NCBI RefSeq assembly: GCF_009914755.1
Contig: NC_060942.1
Direction: 5' to 3' (one strand)
From: the human T2T-CHM13v2.0 reference genome, Homo sapiens
DNA length: 64,000 bases
Made by a program: the position numbers and the translations under genes. The notes under the pieces were generated by a model. The model did no database searches and had not been told where the DNA came from. It was given only the letters and a program-made list of their open reading frames with translations. Within the stretch, counting starts at the first letter, position 1, and every line of letters starts with the position of its first letter. This document shows positions 38,301 to 50,300 of this stretch, one piece after another.

Positions 38301-41300
38301 AGTTTCTGATGTGTGTCCTCAACTAACACAGTTGAACATTTCTTTAGACAGAACAGTTTTGAAACACTCTTTTTGTGGAATCTGCAAGTGGCTATTTGGC
38401 TAGATTTGAGGATTTCGTTGGAAACGGGATTACATATAAAAAGCAGTCAGCAGCATTCTCAGAAAGTTCTTTGTGATGATTGCATTCAAGTCACAGAATT
38501 GAACATTCCCTTTCACAGAGCAGGTTTGAAACACTCTTTTTGTAGTGTGTGTAAGTGGACATTTGGAGCACTTACCGGCCTAAGGTGAAAAAGGAAATAT
38601 CTTCCCATAAAAACTAGACAGAAGCATTCTCAGAAACTTACTCGTGATGTGTGTCCTCAACTAAAGGAGTAGAACCTTTCTTTTCATAGAGAAGTTTTGA
38701 AACGCTCTTTTTGTGGAATCTGCAAGTGGATATTTGGCTAGTTTTGAGGATTTCGTTGGAAGCGGGAATTCATACAAATTGCAGACTGCAGCGTTCTGAG
38801 AAACATCTTTGTGATGTTTGTATTCAGGACACAGAGTTGAACATTCCCTATCATAGAGCAGGTTGGAATCACTCCTTTTGTAGTATCTGGAAGTGGACAT
38901 TTGGAGCGCTTTCAGGCCTATGTTGGAAAAGGAAATATCTTCCCATAACAACTAGACAGAAGCATTCTCAGAAACTTATTTGAGATGTGTGTACTCAACT
39001 AAGAGAATTGAACCACCGTTTTGAAGGAGCAGTTTTGAAACTCTCTTTTTCTGGAATCTGCAAGTGGATATTTGGCTAGCTTTGGGGATTTCGCTGGAAG
39101 CGGGAATACATATAAAAAGCACACAGCAGCGTTCTGAGAAACTGCTTTCTGATGTTTGCATTCAAGTCAAAAGTTGAACACTCCCTTTCATAGAGCAGTC
39201 TTGAAACACCCCTTTTGTAGTATCTGGAACTGGACTTTTGGAGCGATTTCAGGGCTAAGGTGAAAAAGGAAATATCTTACCATAAAAACTGGACAGAAGC
39301 ATTCTCAGAAACTTGGTTATGCTGTATCTACTCAACTAACAAAGTTGAACCTTTCTTTTGATAGAGCAGTTTTGAAATGGTCTTTTTGTGGAATCTGCAA
39401 GTGGATATTTGGCTAGTTTTGAGGATTTCGTTGGAAGCGGGAATTCATACAAATTGCAGACTGCAGCGTTCTGAGAAACATCTTTGTGATGTTTGTATTC
39501 AGGACAGAGAGTTGAACATTCCCTATCATAGAGCAGGTTGGAATCACTCCTTTTGTAGTATCTGGAAGTGGACATTTGGAGCGCTTTCAGGCCTATTTTG
39601 GAAAGGGAAATATCTTCCCGTAACAACTATGCAGAAGCATTCTCAGAAACTTGTTTGTGATGTGTGCCCTCTACTGACAGAGTTGAACCTTTCTTTTCAT
39701 AGAGCAGTTTTGAAACACTCTTTTTGTAGAATCTGCAAGAGGATATTTGCATAGCTTTGAGGATTTCGTGGGAAACGGGATTGTCTTCAGGTAAAATCTA
39801 GACAGAAGCATTCTCAGAAACTTCTTTGGGATGTTTGCATTCAAGTCACAGAGTAGAACATTCCCTTTGGTAGAGCAGGTTTGAAACACTCTTTTTGTAG
39901 TATCTGGAAGTGGACATTTGGAGCGCTTTCAGGCCCATGTTGGAAAGGGAAATATCTTCCCGTAACAACTAGGCAGAAGCATTCTCAGAAACTTATTTGA
40001 GATGTGTGTACTCAACTAAGAGAATTGAACCACCGTTTTGAAGGAGCAGTTTTGAAACACTCTTTTTCTGGAATCTGCAAGAGTATATTTGCCTAGCCTT
40101 GAGGATTTCGTTGGAAACGGGATTGTCTTCAGAGAAAATCTAGACAGAAGCATTCTCAGAAACTTCTTTGGGATGTTTGCATTCAAGTCACAGAGTAGAA
40201 CATTCCCTTTGGTAGAGCAGGTTTGAAACACTCTTTTTTTAGTATATGGAAGTGGACATTTGGATCGCTTTCAGGCCTACGTTGGAAAAGGAAATATCTT
40301 CCCATAACAACTAGACAGAAGCATTCTCAGAAACTAGTTTCTGATGTGTGTCCTCAACTAACACAGTTGAACATTTCTTTAGACAGAACAGTTTTGAAAC
40401 ACTCTTTTTGTGGAATCTGCAAGTGGCTATTTGGCTAGATTTGAGGATTTCGTTGGAAACGGGATTACATATAAAAAGCAGTCAGCAGCATTCTCAGAAA
40501 GTTCTTTGTGATGATTGCATTCAAGTCACAGAATTGAACATTCCCTTTCACAGAGCAGGTTTGAAACACTCTTTTTGTAGTGTGTGTAAGTGGACATTTG
40601 GAGCACTTACCGGCCTAAGGTGAAAAAGGAAATATCTTCCCATAAAAACTAGACAGAAGCATTCTCAGAAACTTACTCGTGATGTGTGTCCTCAACTAAA
40701 GGAGTAGAACCTTTCTTTTCATAGAGAAGTTTTGAAACGCTCTTTTTGTGGAATCTGCAAGTGGATATTTGGCTAGTTTTGAGGATTTCGTTGGAAGCGG
40801 GAATTCATACAAATTGCAGACTGCAGCGTTCTGAGAAACATCTTTGTGATGTTTGTATTCAGGACACAGAGTTGAACATTCCCTATCATAGAGCAGGTTT
40901 GAATCACTCCTTTTGTAGTATCTGGAAGTGGACATTTGGAGCGCTTTCAGGCCTATGTTGGAAAAGGAAATATCTTCCCATAACAACTAGACAGAAGCAT
41001 TCTCAGAAACTTATTTGAGATGTGTGTACTCAACTAAGAGAATTGAACCACCGTTTTGAAGGAGCAGTTTTGAAACTCTCTTTTTCTGGAATCTGCAAGT
41101 GGATATTTGGCTAGCTTTGGGGATTTCGCTGGAAGCGGGAATACATATAAAAAGCACACAGCAGCGTTCTGAGAAACTGCTTTCTGATGTTTGCATTCAA
41201 GTCAAAAGTTGAACACTCCCTTTCATAGAGCAGTCTTGAAACACCCCTTTTGTAGTATCTGGAACTGGACTTTTGGAGCGATTTCAGGGCTAAGGTGAAA

Positions 41301-44300
41301 AAGGAAATATCTTCCCATAAAAACTGGACAGAAGCATTCTCAGAAACTTGGTTATGCTGTATCTACTCAACTAACAAAGTTGAACCTTTCTTTTGATAGA
41401 GCAGTTTTGAAATGGTCTTTTTGTGGAATCTGCAAGTGGATATTTGGCTAGTTTTGAGGATTTCGTTGGAAGCGGGAATTCATACAAATTGCAGACTGCA
41501 GCGTTCTGAGAAACATCTTTGTGATGTTTGTATTCAGGACACAGAGTTGAACATTCCCTATCATAGAGCAGGTTGGAATCACTCCTTTTGTAGTATCTGG
41601 AAGTGGACATTTGGAGCGCTTTCAGGCCTATTTTGGAAAGGGAAATATCTTCCCGTAACAACTATGCAGAAGCATTCTCAGAAACTTGTTTGTGATGTGT
41701 GCCCTCTACTGACAGAGTTGAACCTTTCTTTTCATAGAGCAGTTTTGAAACACTCTTTTTGTAGAATCTGCAAGAGGATATTTGCATAGCTTTGAGGATT
41801 TCGTGGGAAACGGGATTGTCTTCAGGTAAAATCTAGACAGAAGCATTCTCAGAAACTTCTTTGGGATGTTTGCATTCAAGTCACAGAGTAGAACATTCCC
41901 TTTGGTAGAGCAGGTTTGAAACACTCTTTTTGTAGTATCTGGAAGTGGACATTTGGAGCGCTTTCAGGCCCATGTTGGAAAGGGAAATATCTTCCCGTAA
42001 CAACTAGGCAGAAGCATTCTCAGAAACTTATTTGAGATGTGTGTACTCAACTAAGAGAATTGAACCACCGTTTTGAAGGAGCAGTTTTGAAACACTCTTT
42101 TTCTGGAATCTGCAAGAGTATATTTGCCTAGCCTTGAGGATTTCGTTGGAAACGGGATTGTCTTCAGAGAAAATCTAGACAGAAGTATTCTCAGAAACTT
42201 CTTTGGGATGTTTGCATTCAAGTCACAGAGTAGAACATTCCCTTTGGTAGAGCAGGTTTGAAACACTCTTTTTTTAGTATATGGAAGTGGACATTTGGAT
42301 CGCTTTCAGGCCTACGTTGGAAAAGGAAATATCTTCCCATAACAACTAGACAGAAGCATTCTCAGAAACTAGTTTCTGATGTGTGTCCTCAACTAACACA
42401 GTTGAACATTTCTTTAGACAGAACAGTTTTGAAACACTCTTTTTGTGGAATCTGCAAGTGGCTATTTGGCTAGATTTGAGGATTTCGTTGGAAACGGGAT
42501 TACATATAAAAAGCAGTCAGCAGCATTCTCAGAAAGTTCTTTGTGATGATTGCATTCAAGTCACAGAATTGAACATTCCCTTTCACAGAGCAGGTTTGAA
42601 ACACTCTTTTTGTAGTGTGTGTAAGTGGACATTTGGAGCACTTACCGGCCTAAGGTGAAAAAGGAAATATCTTCCCATAAAAACTAGACAGAAGCATTCT
42701 CAGAAACTTACTCGTGATGTGTGTCCTCAACTAAAGGAGTAGAACCTTTCTTTTCATAGAGAAGTTTTGAAACGCTCTTTTTGTGGAATCTGCAAGTGGA
42801 TATTTGGCTAGTTTTGAGGATTTCGTTGGAAGCGGGAATTCATACAAATTGCAGACTGCAGCGTTCTGAGAAACATCTTTGTGATGTTTGTATTCAGGAC
42901 ACAGAGTTGAACATTCCCTATCATAGAGCAGGTTGGAATCACTCCTTTTGTAGTATCTGGAAGTGGACATTTGGAGCGCTTTCAGGCCTATGTTGGAAAA
43001 GGAAATATCTTCCCATAACAACTAGACAGAAGCATTCTCAGAAACTTATTTGAGATGTGTGTACTCAACTAAGAGAATTGAACCACCGTTTTGAAGGAGC
43101 AGTTTTGAAACTCTCTTTTTCTGGAATCTGCAAGTGGATATTTGGCTAGCTTTGGGGATTTCGCTGGAAGCGGGAATACATATAAAAAGCACACAGCAGC
43201 GTTCTGAGAAACTGCTTTCTGATGTTTGCATTCAAGTCAAAAGTTGAACACTCCCTTTCATAGAGCAGTCTTGAAACACCCCTTTTGTAGTATCTGGAAC
43301 TGGACTTTTGGAGCGATTTCAGGGCTAAGGTGAAAAAGGAAATATCTTACCATAAAAACTGGACAGAAGCATTCTCAGAAACTTGGTTATGCTGTATCTA
43401 CTCAACTAACAAAGTTGAACCTTTCTTTTGATAGAGCAGTTTTGAAATGGTCTTTTTGTGGAATCTGCAAGTGGATATTTGGCTAGTTTTGAGGATTTCG
43501 TTGGAAGCGGGAATTCATACAAATTGCAGACTGCAGCGTTCTGAGAAACATCTTTGTGATGTTTGTATTCAGGACACAGAGTTGAACATTCCCTATCATA
43601 GAGCAGGTTGGAATCACTCCTTTTGTAGTATCTGGAAGTGGACATTTGGAGCGCTTTCAGGCCTATTTTGGAAAGGGAAATATCTTCCCGTAACAACTAT
43701 GCAGAAGCATTCTCAGAAACTTGTTTGTGATGTGTGCCCTCTACTGACAGAGTTGAACCTTTCTTTTCATAGAGCAGTTTTGAAACACTCTTTTTGTAGA
43801 ATCTGCAAGAGGATATTTGCATAGCTTTGAGGATTTCGTGGGAAACGGGATTGTCTTCAGGTAAAATCTAGACAGAAGCATTCTCAGAAACTTCTTTGGG
43901 ATGTTTGCATTCAAGTCACAGAGTAGAACATTCCCTTTGGTAGAGCAGGTTTGAAACACTCTTTTTGTAGTATCTGGAAGTGGACATTTGGAGCGCTTTC
44001 AGGCCCATGTTGGAAAGGGAAATATCTTCCCGTAACAACTAGGCAGAAGCATTCTCAGAAACTTATTTGAGATGTGTGTACTCAACTAAGAGAATTGAAC
44101 CACCGTTTTGAAGGAGCAGTTTTGAAACACTCTTTTTCTGGAATCTGCAAGAGTATATTTGCCTAGCCTTGAGGATTTCGTTGGAAACGGGATTGTCTTC
44201 AGAGAAAATCTAGACAGAAGCATTCTCAGAAACTTCTTTGGGATGTTTGCATTCAAGTCACAGAGTAGAACATTCCCTTTGGTAGAGCAGGTTTGAAACA

Positions 44301-47300
44301 CTCTTTTTTTAGTATATGGAAGTGGACATTTGGATCGCTTTCAGGCCTACGTTGGAAAAGGAAATATCTTCCCATAACAACTAGACAGAAGCATTCTCAG
44401 AAACTAGTTTCTGATGTGTGTCCTCAACTAACACAGTTGAACATTTCTTTAGACAGAACAGTTTTGAAACACTCTTTTTGTGGAATCTGCAAGTGGCTAT
44501 TTGGCTAGATTTGAGGATTTCGTTGGAAACGGGATTACATATAAAAAGCAGTCAGCAGCATTCTCAGAAAGTTCTTTGTGATGATTGCATTCAAGTCACA
44601 GAATTGAACATTCCCTTTCACAGAGCAGGTTTGAAACACTCTTTTTGTAGTGTGTGTAAGTGGACATTTGGAGCACTTACCGGCCTAAGGTGAAAAAGGA
44701 AATATCTTCCCATAAAAACTAGACAGAAGCATTCTCAGAAACTTACTCGTGATGTGTGTCCTCAACTAAAGGAGTAGAACCTTTCTTTTCATAGAGAAGT
44801 TTTGAAACGCTCTTTTTGTGGAATCTGCAAGTGGATATTTGGCTAGTTTTGAGGATTTCGTTGGAAGCGGGAATTCATACAAATTGCAGACTGCAGCGTT
44901 CTGAGAAACATCTTTGTGATGTTTGTATTCAGGACACAGAGTTGAACATTCCCTATCATAGAGCAGGTTTGAATCACTCCTTTTGTAGTATCTGGAAGTG
45001 GACATTTGGAGCGCTTTCAGGCCTATGTTGGAAAAGGAAATATCTTCCCATAACAACTAGACAGAAGCATTCTCAGAAACTTATTTGAGATGTGTGTACT
45101 CAACTAAGAGAATTGAACCACCGTTTTGAAGGAGCAGTTTTGAAACTCTCTTTTTCTGGAATCTGCAAGTGGATATTTGGCTAGCTTTGGGGATTTCGCT
45201 GGAAGCGGGAATACATATAAAAAGCACACAGCAGCGTTCTGAGAAACTGCTTTCTGATGTTTGCATTCAAGTCAAAAGTTGAACACTCCCTTTCATAGAG
45301 CAGTCTTGAAACACCCCTTTTGTAGTATCTGGAACTGGACTTTTGGAGCGATTTCAGGGCTAAGGTGAAAAAGGAAATATCTTCCCATAAAAACTGGACA
45401 GAAGCATTCTCAGAAACTTGGTTATGCTGTATCTACTCAACTAACAAAGTTGAACCTTTCTTTTGATAGAGCAGTTTTGAAATGGTCTTTTTGTGGAATC
45501 TGCAAGTGGATATTTGGCTAGTTTTGAGGATTTCGTTGGAAGCGGGAATTCATACAAATTGCAGACTGCAGCGTTCTGAGAAACATCTTTGTGATGTTTG
45601 TATTCAGGACACAGAGTTGAACATTCCCTATCATAGAGCAGGTTGGAATCACTCCTTTTGTAGTATCTGGAAGTGGACATTTGGAGCGCTTTCAGGCCTA
45701 TTTTGGAAAGGGAAATATCTTCCCGTAACAACTATGCAGAAGCATTCTCAGAAACTTGTTTGTGATGTGTGCCCTCTACTGACAGAGTTGAACCTTTCTT
45801 TTCATAGAGCAGTTTTGAAACACTCTTTTTGTAGAATCTGCAAGAGGATATTTGCATAGCTTTGAGGATTTCGTGGGAAACGGGATTGTCTTCAGGTAAA
45901 ATCTAGACAGAAGCATTCTCAGAAACTTCTTTGGGATGTTTGCATTCAAGTCACAGAGTAGAACATTCCCTTTGGTAGAGCAGGTTTGAAACACTCTTTT
46001 TGTAGTATCTGGAAGTGGACATTTGGAGCGCTTTCAGGCCCATGTTGGAAAGGGAAATATCTTCCCGTAACAACTAGGCAGAAGCATTCTCAGAAACTTA
46101 TTTGAGATGTGTGTACTCAACTAAGAGAATTGAACCACCGTTTTGAAGGAGCAGTTTTGAAACACTCTTTTTCTGGAATCTGCAAGAGTATATTTGCCTA
46201 GCCTTGAGGATTTCGTTGGAAACGGGATTGTCTTCAGAGAAAATCTAGACAGAAGCATTCTCAGAAACTTCTTTGGGATGTTTGCATTCAAGTCACAGAG
46301 TAGAACATTCCCTTTGGTAGAGCAGGTTTGAAACACTCTTTTTGTAGTATCTGGAAGTGGACATTTGGAGCGCTTTCAGGCCTACGTTGGAAAAGGAAAT
46401 ATCTTCCCATAACAACTAGACAGAAGCATTCTCAGAAACTAGTTTCTGATGTGTGTCCTCAACTAACACAGTTGAACATTTCTTTAGACAGAACAGTTTT
46501 GAAACACTCTTTTTGTGGAATCTGCAAGTGGCTATTTGGCTAGATTTGAGGATTTCGTTGGAAACGGGATTACATATAAAAAGCAGTCAGCAGCATTCTC
46601 AGAAAGTTCTTTGTGATGATTGCATTCAAGTCACAGAATTGAACATTCCCTTTCACAGAGCAGGTTTGAAACACTCTTTTTGTAGTGTGTGTAAGTGGAC
46701 ATTTGGAGCACTTACCGGCCTAAGGTGAAAAAGGAAATATCTTCCCATAAAAACTAGACAGAAGCATTCTCAGAAACTTACTCGTGATGTGTGTCCTCAA
46801 CTAAAGGAGTAGAACCTTTCTTTTCATAGAGAAGTTTTGAAACGCTCTTTTTGTGGAATCTGCAAGTGGATATTTGGCTAGTTTTGAGGATTTCGTTGGA
46901 AGCGGGAATTCATACAAATTGCAGACTGCAGCGTTCTGAGAAACATCTTTGTGATGTTTGTATTCAGGACACAGAGTTGAACATTCCCTATCATAGAGCA
47001 GGTTTGAATCACTCCTTTTGTAGTATCTGGAAGTGGACATTTGGAGCGCTTTCAGGCCTATGTTGGAAAAGGAAATATCTTCCCATAACAACTAGACAGA
47101 AGCATTCTCAGAAACTTATTTGAGATGTGTGTACTCAACTAAGAGAATTGAACCACCGTTTTGAAGGAGCAGTTTTGAAACTCTCTTTTTCTGGAATCTG
47201 CAAGTGGATATTTGGCTAGCTTTGGGGATTTCGCTGGAAGCGGGAATACATATAAAAAGCACACAGCAGCGTTCTGAGAAACTGCTTTCTGATGTTTGCA

Positions 47301-50300
47301 TTCAAGTCAAAAGTTGAACACTCCCTTTCATAGAGCAGTCTTGAAACACCCCTTTTGTAGTATCTGGAACTGGACTTTTGGAGCGATTTCAGGGCTAAGG
47401 TGAAAAAGGAAATATCTTACCATAAAAACTGGACAGAAGCATTCTCAGAAACTTGGTTATGCTGTATCTACTCAACTAACAAAGTTGAACCTTTCTTTTG
47501 ATAGAGCAGTTTTGAAATGGTCTTTTTGTGGAATCTGCAAGTGGATATTTGGCTAGTTTTGAGGATTTCGTTGGAAGCGGGAATTCATACAAATTGCAGA
47601 CTGCAGCGTTCTGAGAAACATCTTTGTGATGTTTGTATTCAGGACAGAGAGTTGAACATTCCCTATCATAGAGCAGGTTGGAATCACTCCTTTTGTAGTA
47701 TCTGGAAGTGGACATTTGGAGCGCTTTCAGGCCTATTTTGGAAAGGGAAATATCTTCCCGTAACAACTATGCAGAAGCATTCTCAGAAACTTGTTTGTGA
47801 TGTGTGCCCTCTACTGACAGAGTTGAACCTTTCTTTTCATAGAGCAGTTTTGAAACACTCTTTTTGTAGAATCTGCAAGAGGATATTTGCATAGCTTTGA
47901 GGATTTCGTGGGAAACGGGATTGTCTTCAGGTAAAATCTAGACAGAAGCATTCTCAGAAACTTCTTTGGGATGTTTGCATTCAAGTCACAGAGTAGAACA
48001 TTCCCTTTGGTAGAGCAGGTTTGAAACACTCTTTTTGTAGTATCTGGAAGTGGACATTTGGAGCGCTTTCAGGCCCATGTTGGAAAGGGAAATATCTTCC
48101 CGTAACAACTAGGCAGAAGCATTCTCAGAAACTTATTTGAGATGTGTGTACTCAACTAAGAGAATTGAACCACCGTTTTGAAGGAGCAGTTTTGAAACAC
48201 TCTTTTTCTGGAATCTGCAAGAGTATATTTGCCTAGCCTTGAGGATTTCGTTGGAAACGGGATTGTCTTCAGAGAAAATCTAGACAGAAGCATTCTCAGA
48301 AACTTCTTTGGGATGTTTGCATTCAAGTCACAGAGTAGAACATTCCCTTTGGTAGAGCAGGTTTGAAACACTCTTTTTTTAGTATATGGAAGTGGACATT
48401 TGGATCGCTTTCAGGCCTACGTTGGAAAAGGAAATATCTTCCCATAACAACTAGACAGAAGCATTCTCAGAAACTAGTTTCTGATGTGTGTCCTCAACTA
48501 ACACAGTTGAACATTTCTTTAGACAGAACAGTTTTGAAACACTCTTTTTGTGGAATCTGCAAGTGGCTATTTGGCTAGATTTGAGGATTTCGTTGGAAAC
48601 GGGATTACATATAAAAAGCAGTCAGCAGCATTCTCAGAAAGTTCTTTGTGATGATTGCATTCAAGTCACAGAATTGAACATTCCCTTTCACAGAGCAGGT
48701 TTGAAACACTCTTTTTGTAGTGTGTGTAAGTGGACATTTGGAGCACTTACCGGCCTAAGGTGAAAAAGGAAATATCTTCCCATAAAAACTAGACAGAAGC
48801 ATTCTCAGAAACTTACTCGTGATGTGTGTCCTCAACTAAAGGAGTAGAACCTTTCTTTTCATAGAGAAGTTTTGAAACGCTCTTTTTGTGGAATCTGCAA
48901 GTGGATATTTGGCTAGTTTTGAGGATTTCGTTGGAAGCGGGAATTCACACAAATTGCAGACTGCAGCGTTCTGAGAAACATCTTTGTGATGTTTGTATTC
49001 AGGACACAGAGTTGAACATTCCCTATCATAGAGCAGGTTTGAATCACTCCTTTTGTAGTATCTGGAAGTGGACATTTGGAGCGCTTTCAGGCCTATGTTG
49101 GAAAAGGAAATATCTTCCCATAACAACTAGACAGAAGCATTCTCAGAAACTTATTTGAGATGTGTGTACTCAACTAAGAGAATTGAACCACCGTTTTGAA
49201 GGAGCAGTTTTGAAACTCTCTTTTTCTGGAATCTGCAAGTGGATATTTGGCTAGCTTTGGGGATTTCGCTGGAAGCGGGAATACATATAAAAAGCACACA
49301 GCAGCGTTCTGAGAAACTGCTTTCTGATGTTTGCATTCAAGTCAAAAGTTGAACACTCCCTTTCATAGAGCAGTCTTGAAACACCCCTTTTGTAGTATCT
49401 GGAACTGGACTTTTGGAGCGATTTCAGGGCTAAGGTGAAAAAGGAAATATCTTCCCATAAAAACTGGACAGAAGCATTCTCAGAAACTTGTTTATGCTGT
49501 ATCTACTCAACTAACAAAGTTGAACCTTTCTTTTGATAGAGCAGTTTTGAAATGGTCTTTTTGTGGAATCTGCAAGTGGATATTTGGCTAGTTTTGAGGA
49601 TTTCGTTGGAAGCGGGAATTCATACAAATTGCAGACTGCAGCGTTCTGAGAAACATCTTTGTGATGTTTGTATTCAGGACAGAGAGTTGAACATTCCCTA
49701 TCATAGAGCAGGTTGGAATCACTCCTTTTGTAGTATCTGGAAGTGGACATTTGGAGCGCTTTCAGGCCTATTTTGGAAAGGGAAATATCTTCCCGTAACA
49801 ACTATGCAGAAGCATTCTCAGAAACTTGTTTGTGATGTGTGCCCTCTACTGACAGAGTTGAACCTTTCTTTTCATAGAGCAGTTTTGAAACACTCTTTTT
49901 GTAGAATCTGCAAGAGGATATTTGCATAGCTTTGAGGATTTCGTGGGAAACGGGATTGTCTTCAGGTAAAATCTAGACAGAAGCATTCTCAGAAACTTCT
50001 TTGGGATGTTTGCATTCAAGTCACAGAGTAGAACATTCCCTTTGGTAGAGCAGGTTTGAAACACTCTTTTTGTAGTATCTGGAAGTGGACATTTGGAGCG
50101 CTTTCAGGCCCATGTTGGAAAGGGAAATATCTTCCCGTAACAACTAGGCAGAAGCATTCTCAGAAACTTATTTGAGATGTGTGTACTCAACTAAGAGAAT
50201 TGAACCACCGTTTTGAAGGAGCAGTTTTGAAACACTCTTTTTCTGGAATCTGCAAGAGTATATTTGCCTAGCCTTGAGGATTTCGTTGGAAACGGGATTG

